Assembly (NCBI GenBank): GCA_038244085.1
Contig: JBBRTX010000001.1
Location: 138,064-202,063, forward strand
DNA from: Bacteroidales bacterium
Lineage (GTDB): Bacteria > Bacteroidota > Bacteroidia > Bacteroidales > FEN-979
Length of the DNA: 64,000 bases
Reading direction: 5' to 3'
How positions within the stretch are numbered: the first letter of the stretch is position 1; every line of letters begins with the position of its first letter. The notes below the pieces were generated by a model, which saw only the letters and a program-made list of their open reading frames with translations, searched no databases and had not been told where the DNA came from. A program made the translations under genes and the position numbers. This document shows positions 38,153 to 46,600 of the stretch, in pieces.

Positions 38153-39619
38153 TCAGCTTGGTGTTCCTTTGTCCGCGATGATATCACCCAGCGTGAATCC
38201 CAGTTTCAGCAGGTTTTCAGGGCTAAGGAGTGATTTGATTTTTCCAGGTTCCAGGAACCCGTATTTTTCATTGGCCAGGAAAATAGTGGTATTGTTTTCT
38301 TTCATGAATTTTGCCAGCAAAGCAGCATTATTGTAACCGATCAGTGGGATTAGGGCGGTAGTAATCGCCGGACTTTTGTATAATTTCTCCTCACTGGTTC
38401 CGGGATGAATGACCATACCGCTGAACAGGTTCTCTATCAGCGTATGATCTGCGGCGATCAGCAATTTCAGACTTTGAATCATGGCATTTCCAATGACCGG
38501 GAGATAGGCATTCAGCTCCAGGCAACCCTGAGCGCAAAGTGAGGTGACCAGCTGGTCGTTTGCATAAATGGTATGGGCTGCGCTGATGACGAATTCGGGA
38601 ATGACCGGGTTGACCTTCCCGGGCATGATTGAACTTCCAACCTGTTTATCGGGTAGCTCTAAGTCTTTGGTCCCCATCACATCCGAAGCCAACAAACGGA
38701 GATCGGAAGTCATTTTTTCCAGGTTAACCGCATGGGCTTTAAGGATGGCATGAATTTCCACGAAGGTATCGAGATTGGCGGTTGTGTCGGCCAGGTTCTC
38801 CGCACGGGCCAATGGAAGGCCTGTTACCATTGTCAGTTGGTTCACCACTTCCATGATGAAAAACCTGGGTATTGCCAGCCCGGTTCCAATGGCGCCTCCA
38901 CCCAGGTTGACCGGCTTGATCCGTTCAAGACATTTTGAAACCCGCCACCAGTCGCGCGAAAGCGCATCATTATATGTACTGAAAAGTTTTCCGATGGATG
39001 AAGGCAGCGCCTCCTGCATCTGGGTGTAACCAATCCGTAAATCATTGTGATGTAAATTTTCCTTCTCCTCTATCCCTTTTCTCAAAACGTTGATCTTTCC
39101 TTCCAGCTCATTCAGGAGCGACATCAGTGCCACTTTAAGGGCCGTTGGAACCACATCATTGGTTGACTGGAAGACATTGGCCTGTTCTACCGGATCGATT
39201 ACGTCATAATCACCGGGTTTGTGGTTCAGTAGGATCAGTGCCCGGTTGGTTATGATCTCATTGACATTCATGTTGATGCTCGTTCCGGCACCACCCGAGA
39301 TGGCCGGTACGATAAAATGTTCAAAATGCTGACCTGAGGCAACTTCTTCTGCCGCCATGATCATCTTTTCCAGAACTGCATCCCCGACGAAATGAAAGGG
39401 AAATTCCTCTTCCCTGAATTTTTCAAGCGCATTCTTTTTGAACAGTTGATAGGTTTGATAACAGGCGATTTTCACCATGCCCATGGCTTTAAACCATACA
39501 ATGGGAAAAACAGTATCATCCGGAAAATTCTCCTTAGCCCGCAAGGAATGTATGCCATAAAGGGCTGTTAACGGGAACTGTTTGGTTCCGATAAAGTCTG
39601 TCTCTGTTCGCATTCGCAA
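38153..39619 (-). CDS. aspartate ammonia-lyase / class II fumarase superfamily lyase
   Basis: TSINMNVNEIITNRA, QSTNDVVPTA and the signature GSSIMPGKVNPVIPE are present. The gene is immediately upstream of hydF and co-oriented with it. Confidence 0.8.
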   Translation of the reverse strand: MRMRTETDFIGTKQFPLTALYGIHSLRAKENFPDDTVFPIVWFKAMGMVKIACYQTYQLFKKNALEKFREEEFPFHFVGDAVLEKMIMAAEEVASGQHFEHFIVPAISGGAGTSINMNVNEIITNRALILLNHKPGDYDVIDPVEQANVFQSTNDVVPTALKVALMSLLNELEGKINVLRKGIEEKENLHHNDLRIGYTQMQEALPSSIGKLFSTYNDALSRDWWRVSKCLERIKPVNLGGGAIGTGLAIPRFFIMEVVNQLTMVTGLPLARAENLADTTANLDTFVEIHAILKAHAVNLEKMTSDLRLLASDVMGTKDLELPDKQVGSSIMPGKVNPVIPEFVISAAHTIYANDQLVTSLCAQGCLELNAYLPVIGNAMIQSLKLLIAADHTLIENLFSGMVIHPGTSEEKLYKSPAITTALIPLIGYNNAALLAKFMKENNTTIFLANEKYGFLEPGKIKSLLSPENLLKLGFTLGDIIADKGTPS

Positions 39620-39633
39620 TCTATCTAATTATA

Positions 39634-39641
39634 TATATTTG
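39634..39641 (+). promoter_or_regulatory. candidate -7 promoter box (TATATTTG) for the giant-protein array
   Basis: Exact TAnnTTTG match, but it ends only 3 nt before the ATG at 39644. This argues that the real start of the first giant gene is further downstream (in-frame TTG at 39716). Confidence 0.35.
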
Positions 39642-39643
39642 TT

Positions 39644-42600
39644 ATGTGTAAGGCTTTCAGTAATTTTTGTAATTTTACGAATTCTATCCGGATTCTCATT
39701 AAAAATCAGGCACTATTGAAAAGATATTTCTACTTTTTCTTCTTGATTTGCCTGTCAATTCAGTCTTACGGCCAGATTGATAAAGAATTCTGGTTCGTCG
39801 CCCCTGAATGTTCCTCCAATCATGGTGACCGTCCGATATACATGCGCATTTCGACCATGGAAGATCCAGCATCCATCAACTTAAGAATGCCGGCCAATCT
39901 ATCCTTTTCGCCTATCAACCAGATAATTCCTCCCAATACCACCTTTTCGATCAACCTTACAGCCTGGATCGACAGCATTGAAAACAAACCTGCCGACAAA
40001 TCCATAAACCGCGGGTTATACCTTACTTCCGACAACCTGGTTACCGCTTATTATGAGATTGCCAACGGGAGTAATCCGGCCATCTTTCCTTTAAAAGGGA
40101 AAAATGGGCTTGGTGTCGATTTTTACATTGTTTCCCAGAACAATTATGCCAACCAGACCAATGACGGGAGTGAAGCTTTCGACATTATTGCGACAGAGGA
40201 CAGCACTTGGGTGACGATCATGCCGGCCATTGATATTGTGGGTCATCAGGCCAATAAACCGGTTCTGGTATTCCTGAACAAGGGGCAGACTTATTCTGCG
40301 AGGACACTGAATACGGCTGCAACCGTCTCATTAGCCGGATCGCATGTGACTTCCAACAAACCGATTGCGATCACCATCAGTGATGACTCAATTATTACCG
40401 GTGGATGGGATATCATCGGGGATCAGATTGTGCCGGTCAACTTGTTGGGGAAGGATTATATTGTCATCAAAGGTTACGCGGATAATAATCCCCCTTCCAA
40501 CAATGACGAAAGGGTTTATGTGCTGGCCACCGAAGACGGAACCGATATCCGTCTGGATGGTTCTGCAACTCCGTATACTACACTGAGCAAAGGACAACTG
40601 CTTTCGTATGGCATAGAAAACACGGCGCCCACCGTGGTTCTCAAGGCATCAAACCCGGTATATGTCTATCATCTTTCGGGTAACCCGGGGGAGGCCGGCG
40701 CCTCGCTCATTCCGCATGATTCGTGCACCGGATCCAGGCAGATCGGATTTAACCGGACGAGTTCCAGCTTTTTTGCCATGCTCATCCTCACCCGGAACGG
40801 CAACCAGGACAGTTTTTACCTTAACGGGAACAGAACCATCATTACAGCTTCAGATTTCAGTGTGGTTCCGGGAACTTCCAATACCTGGGTTTATGCAAGA
40901 ATGTCGATGAGCACCGGGCAGGTCCCTGTGGGAAATAACCTGTTGCTGAATACAAAAGGGAAGTTTCACCTTGGTATCATCAACAATGTGAGTGCAAGTT
41001 CCGAATATGGATACTATTCGGATTTCAGCAGTCTGTACCTCGGGGCCAACCGGAATATATGTCCCGGCGATTCGGTGAAACTGGATGCAGGGCCGTACAT
41101 GGATTCTTATGAATGGTATAAACTGACAGGTGGCACTTTTACACTTATTGACAGTACCCGGTTTCTGACCATTCACGATTCCGGTTTTTATGCAGCCGTG
41201 GCGAACGGTAATTTTTGTATGCTGCAGGATACAATCCATATCGGATTTTATGCCAATGCCACCGTAGATCTCGGACCGAATGACACTATCTGCGAAGGCA
41301 CCGTGATGGTGCTGAATCCCGGTATTTTTCTGAATTACTTTTGGCAAAACGGCGGGAACGGGCCTGTTTTCAATGCCACCACAGAGGGTGATTACTGGGT
41401 TCGGGTTACCAACAACAACGGGTGTATCGCTTCCGATACAGTGTTTATTAAGGTAGATTCCATTCCAAGACCCACTGGCCCGATCACCGGAACCACAACG
41501 GTTTGCCAGGGACAAACGGGCCTTACTTATATGGTTTCTCCATATACTTATGCCGATACCTATTCATGGAGTCTTCCCCCAGGTTATTCCGGAAGCAGCG
41601 CCACCAATTCCATTACGCTGAGTTTTACCACCAGTGCACTTTCCGACACCATCCGGGTGATAGCCGCCAATTATTGCGGTTCCGGCGTATCGCTGAAACT
41701 GGGAATTACCGTCAATCCTTTGCCTGGCGAGGGAAAACCGGTTACCGGTCCTTCAACCGTATGCCAGGGACAGGAAAATGTTTCCTACTCCATGCCGGCT
41801 GTTCAAAATGCAACCAGTTATATCTGGATGCTGCCACCGGGTGCAACGATTATCAGCGGTGCCGGGACCAATACCATCCTTGTAAATTATTCCTACAGCG
41901 CCATTTCAGGGAATATTATCGCAAACGGACACAATGATTGTGGTGACGGTTCAACCTTCTCTTTTCCGGTTACGGTGAATTTGTTTCCTCACCCGGCCGG
42001 AGTCATAACCGGCCCGCTCACGGTTTGTCAGGGACAATCCGGGGTAATCTTTACCACTCCGCTGATTCCGGGTTCCGACAGTTATGTGTGGACATTACCT
42101 CCCGGGGCATTGATCACCTCAGGAACCGGCACCAACAACATTACCGTCATTTTCAGTGTAGCCGCGACCTCAGGGAATATCAGTGTTTCCGGCAGAAGTC
42201 TTTTCTGCGGGGATGGTCAATCCTCTTCCTTTTCGTTGACGGTGAATCCGCTCCCGTCGCCGGCAGGGATCATTTCGGGAAACAACCCGGTCTGCCAGGC
42301 TGAGGTAAATGCGATTTACACGGTTCCCCCGATCAATGCCGCCACGAGCTATAGCTGGTCGCTTCCGCCAGGAGCTATGATCACCGGCGGAAACGGAACC
42401 AACAGTATCATGGTTTCATTCAGTACCAGTGCCGTTTCGGGAAACATCACCGTACTGGGTCACAACGCCCTGTGCGGTGACGGTCCTGATTCCTTCATCG
42501 CGGTCACGGTTAACCCTTTGCCACTGGCAGCCGGTAACATTACCGGACCGAGCCCGGTATGCCAGTCCTCTTCAGGAATAACTTATCATGTGACACCGAT

Positions 42601-43588
42601 TCCTTTTGCAATGAATTATACCTGGATTTTTACCGGTACCGGGGCAACCATCACCAATGCGGGAAACGATATCAGCATCCAGTTTTCGCCGGTTGCCACC
42701 TCAGGCATTCTGACGGTAAGAGGAGAGAATGGCTGCGGGAATGGACCCGTTTCAGGGAATTTTAATCTTACCGTGGACCCGATTCCCATCACTTCGCTGG
42801 GAATCTGTAACACGCTCACTACCCATGATGCCAAACCCTTTAAACTGACCGGCGGTCACCCGTTGGGAGGAACTTATTCGGGAACCGGTGTGAGCGGCAC
42901 CACTTTTACACCGACTTCGGTTCCGGTTCTAATAGATACGGCCTGGGTTAGTTATTCATATACCAATGTTTATGGGTGTCTGAATGTCTCAAGACAGATG
43001 ATCACTTTGCTGAATTCACCGTCATTTTCCTGCGGAGGCATGCTGACCGATATCCGGGATAATCAGACTTATTCAACCATCAAAATCGGCAATCAATGCT
43101 GGATGGCTGCGAATCTCAACTATGGGGTATTCCTTGCCTCTGCCCAATACCCGGGCGAAAATTGTGTTCCTGAGAAATACTGTTTCAATGACAACCCGAC
43201 AAACTGCAGCATCAGAGGAGGATTATATTCGTGGGATGAAATGATGCAATATGACCGGATCCCGTCTATCCAGGGTTTGTGTCCGCCTTCCTGGCATATC
43301 CCCACAAGTGCAGAATGGAATACCTTGTTTTCACAATTTATTAACAACGGGTTTGCAGGAAGTCCTTTGAAAGCCACCGGGTATTCCGGTTTCAATGCAT
43401 TACTCAATGGTGAAAGAATCCAAAATAAAGGCTGGTATATGGACAACTTTTCCACTTTCCTGTGGTCTTGTACATCGGCAGGTAATTTGAAGGCATGGGC
43501 GTATGGTATGAACATCTATAATCCAAGCGTATCATCTTACCCATCGACCATAATCAATGCTTTCAGTGTCAGATGTTTGAAAGATTAA
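39644..43588 (+). CDS. giant modular secreted protein A: IgGFc-binding-like head, Ig-like modules, 5 PKD-like modules, C-terminal FISUMP domain
   Basis: - The head begins QIDKEFWFVAPE... and runs through a beta-helix-like region, reminiscent of the bacterial IgGFc_binding N-terminal domain.
- Five ~87-aa modules follow, then a GGxPxGGxYSGxGV module, then FISUMP.
- No T9SS CTD is present.
- The likely true start is TTG 39716, giving MKRYFYFFFLICLSIQSYGQ as signal peptide. Confidence 0.8.
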   Translation: MCKAFSNFCNFTNSIRILIKNQALLKRYFYFFFLICLSIQSYGQIDKEFWFVAPECSSNHGDRPIYMRISTMEDPASINLRMPANLSFSPINQIIPPNTTFSINLTAWIDSIENKPADKSINRGLYLTSDNLVTAYYEIANGSNPAIFPLKGKNGLGVDFYIVSQNNYANQTNDGSEAFDIIATEDSTWVTIMPAIDIVGHQANKPVLVFLNKGQTYSARTLNTAATVSLAGSHVTSNKPIAITISDDSIITGGWDIIGDQIVPVNLLGKDYIVIKGYADNNPPSNNDERVYVLATEDGTDIRLDGSATPYTTLSKGQLLSYGIENTAPTVVLKASNPVYVYHLSGNPGEAGASLIPHDSCTGSRQIGFNRTSSSFFAMLILTRNGNQDSFYLNGNRTIITASDFSVVPGTSNTWVYARMSMSTGQVPVGNNLLLNTKGKFHLGIINNVSASSEYGYYSDFSSLYLGANRNICPGDSVKLDAGPYMDSYEWYKLTGGTFTLIDSTRFLTIHDSGFYAAVANGNFCMLQDTIHIGFYANATVDLGPNDTICEGTVMVLNPGIFLNYFWQNGGNGPVFNATTEGDYWVRVTNNNGCIASDTVFIKVDSIPRPTGPITGTTTVCQGQTGLTYMVSPYTYADTYSWSLPPGYSGSSATNSITLSFTTSALSDTIRVIAANYCGSGVSLKLGITVNPLPGEGKPVTGPSTVCQGQENVSYSMPAVQNATSYIWMLPPGATIISGAGTNTILVNYSYSAISGNIIANGHNDCGDGSTFSFPVTVNLFPHPAGVITGPLTVCQGQSGVIFTTPLIPGSDSYVWTLPPGALITSGTGTNNITVIFSVAATSGNISVSGRSLFCGDGQSSSFSLTVNPLPSPAGIISGNNPVCQAEVNAIYTVPPINAATSYSWSLPPGAMITGGNGTNSIMVSFSTSAVSGNITVLGHNALCGDGPDSFIAVTVNPLPLAAGNITGPSPVCQSSSGITYHVTPIPFAMNYTWIFTGTGATITNAGNDISIQFSPVATSGILTVRGENGCGNGPVSGNFNLTVDPIPITSLGICNTLTTHDAKPFKLTGGHPLGGTYSGTGVSGTTFTPTSVPVLIDTAWVSYSYTNVYGCLNVSRQMITLLNSPSFSCGGMLTDIRDNQTYSTIKIGNQCWMAANLNYGVFLASAQYPGENCVPEKYCFNDNPTNCSIRGGLYSWDEMMQYDRIPSIQGLCPPSWHIPTSAEWNTLFSQFINNGFAGSPLKATGYSGFNALLNGERIQNKGWYMDNFSTFLWSCTSAGNLKAWAYGMNIYNPSVSSYPSTIINAFSVRCLKD
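41480..42787 (+). repeat. five tandem ~87-codon PKD-like modules ('type 0') inside protein A
   Basis: The recurring pattern is ITGxxxVCQGQxxxxYxxxxxxxAxSYxWxLPPGAxIxSGxGTNxIxVxFSxxAxSGNIxVxGxNxCGDGxxxxFxVTVNPLP. The array is 436 codons, in frame. Confidence 0.85.
43049..43585 (+). other. FISUMP (Fibrobacter succinogenes major paralogous) domain, C-terminal 179 aa of protein A
   Basis: DIRDNQTYSTIKIGNQCWMAANLNYG...GGLYSWDEMM...CPPSWHIPTSAEWNTL...GFNALLNGER...FSVRCLKD matches the motif order I know for TIGR02145-type domains. Confidence 0.8.
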
Positions 43589-43641
43589 AAGTAAGACGGA
43601 TTGCAGATCCGCGCTATGCATGTAAAACAAATACGCTCTCT

Positions 43642-46600
43642 ATGAAGCATCGCTTTTACCTTCTTTACCTGCTTCTTTCCGTTTTTACCTTTGTTTCCTT
43701 TCACACTTCAGGAGAAGGGACAAAAGAATTAAACAACAATAATCAGCACAGTACCGTCCTGTATTTGTGTACTGATTTTGCAGGACATTGTTCCGGAACG
43801 GGTGGAGTGAGATCACAATTCGCGGTATATAATGGTAATCTCAGCAGTGCGGAAACCGATCGACTCTACTTCCAGATTAAAGATCCGACTGAAATTCTGT
43901 ACTTAGGATTTAAAGGCGGCAATCTTTCAGCAAACCCTCCCAAAAAAATCGTTTTCAGAATAAAAGAAAAAATCACTGATGCCGTCGTTTTTCCGGAACA
44001 AGATCTTCCGTTGAGCGGAACAGGATTTATAGGAACTTTTCCCCAGGCAGTGAACGGTCCCAATCAATTGCTTGGGCCACCTACCGGTTACGATGCTATG
44101 ATATTTACCCCGCCTTATGCCGGAATATTTTTTATTGAATTTGCCGTCAGGAACACTTCAACGGGGTCATACTGGTCAGGACAGTTCGATATAGATATTT
44201 TCGACCTGACGGTTGCCAGTACGGCACCACCCGCCGCTATTCCCGGACGGGTTTTTTCAAAAGGCTGGCAGTTTTATGAAGGGGCCATTCCCGGTGGAGA
44301 CAATTTTTTCTCCAAGAATTATATCATTTCTGATGACAGCATCGTGACTTCTGCCGAATTCTCCAATATGGATGGAGGTGCCTGGGTTCAGTATTGTAAT
44401 CAGACCGGTTGCGGTGCCAATAACTGGATTGTCAGCCGTAAATCCCTGAACAATCAGCAAGCCCTTTTCCCCCAGTATAAAGTTTTTCTTAATATTCCCG
44501 ATCCTGCCGTATTTCCTGCAGCTACTACCCTGGGTCAACTGGTCGCACCTGCCCCCTGGGGAGAACGTAACTGCAACGATGGTCACATCCTGTTTCATAT
44601 TACAGTTGATAAACCCGGCAATGTGGAGATCACCCTGACCTTTTCGGCTCCCTATACTTCCAGGAGTCTGAACCAGCCGGTTGTGACGGGAGAAAACCTT
44701 TTTGACTGGGACGGGCTGGATGGAAGCGGAACTGCAATTCCGAACAATTCCAATATCTCTTTCACTATCTCTTATTTAAACGGGCTGACGAATCTCCCAC
44801 TTTACGATGTGGAAGGAAATTCCAGTGGTTTTACCATCGGGCTGGTGAGTCCTCCGGGAGTGACCCCCTTGGTTTACTGGGACGATACAAATATTACCGG
44901 ACCTCCGCCAGGAATTGCCAATTTCGCCGGTTGCATGAGCCCTCCCGGTTGCCATACCTGGTCAGGAAGCGGAGGTGGTTGGGGAGATCATAACACCATC
45001 AACACCTGGTGGTACAATGTATCAACAAGCACATTACCTGTTTCTATCACTGAATTCCGCAGGCCTCAGAATCTTAATTTCAACCAGCTTCCCCCACAGG
45101 ATTATTGTGCCGGAACCAACGGGATTACCTTTTCGGTTGCACCTGATCCTAACAGCGATGCGTATGTATGGAGTTTTACCGGGACAGGTGCCACGATAAA
45201 CCAGGCCAATGCTGCCAATCCTTTTATCACGATCGATTTTGCAGCGAATGCCACATCCGGAATTCTTCAGGTACACGGAACAAATGTAAACTGTATTGCG
45301 CCGGGGCCTACGGCCCAATTATTTATCACCATTAAGCCGATTCCGGCGTTGGCTCCGCCTTATTCGAAAAGCATCTGTTCAGGCACTTCTGTCGGGGTCA
45401 CGCTGGCCTCGCTTCCCGCCGGAGCAAACTTCAGCTGGAGCAGCCCCTCCCCGACCTGTACACCCAATATCGTTGCATGTCCGGCAGGTAGTAATTCCGG
45501 TACACAAATTCTGGATGTTTTAGGGGTCAACAATACCAACCCGGGAACGGTCACTTACCATGTGTTTCCCATGATGAACGGTTGCAGTGGCCTAAACCAG
45601 GATTTCATTGTAACAGTAAATCCGCTTCCGGTTCCGGCCGTTGCGGGGAACAACAATGTCTGCCAGAGTAGCACTGGGAATGTTTATACCACCCTTCCCG
45701 GGATGAGTAATTATCTGTGGGTTGTTTCGGCCGGAGGCACTGTTACAGCGGGCGGAACCGCCGCATCCAGTTCGGTAACCGTTACCTGGAACACACCCGG
45801 GGCAGGTTCCGTTTCCCTCAATTATACAGATGCCAACGGATGCACTGCTGTTTCATCCATTGTGTTTCCCGTCACCATTCATCCATTTTCGGTACCGGCC
45901 GTCGCAGGTTCTGCTACTTCATGTTTCGGTTTGAGTAAAACCTATACGACAGCAGTCGGAATGACCAATTACAGTTGGCTGGTCTCTGCCGGAGGAATGA
46001 TTACTGCAGGTGGTTCAACCACGGATAACACCGTTACCGTTTTATGGAATACCACTGGTTCGCAAACGGTGTCTTTAAATTATACCGATATAAACGGATG
46101 TACCTCGCTGACTCCGACGATTTACAATGTGACGGTCAATCCTTTACCGGTGCCAACCGTTTCAGGTAATGCCAGTCTTTGCGAAGGAACCGCCGGGGTC
46201 ATTTATACCACTGAACCCGGGATGAGCAATTATACCTGGTTGGTTCCGGCCGGGGGCACAATAACCGCCGGAGGAACCCTTATGGATAATACGGTCACCG
46301 TTACATGGACTACAGCAGGGGTCCGAACCGTTTCTGTCAACTATACCAATGCCAATACCTGTACGGCTCTTCTTCCGACCGTTTATAATGTAACGGTAAA
46401 TGCATTGCCCAACCCGACCCTTTCCGGTACGAATGCACTTTGCCTGGGTTCTGCGGGTGTTGTTTATGCGACCCAATCGGGACAATCCGCTTATAACTGG
46501 AATATTTCCGCAGGAGGCATCATTACCGGAGGAGGCAATGCGGTAAGCAGCACTGCTACCGTAACCTGGAATGCAGTCGGTCCGCAATGGATCTCGGTTA

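Noticed and set aside
40850-41515. 221-aa minus-strand ORF inside giant gene A. Similar cases are 46162..46662 (166 aa), 54147..54890 (247 aa), 52962..53312 and 56960..57322.
   Set aside because: All are antisense to strongly supported, module-periodic coding frames. Their Gly/Arg/Pro-rich translations are the usual shadow of Thr/Gly/Pro/Ala-rich repeats on the opposite strand.
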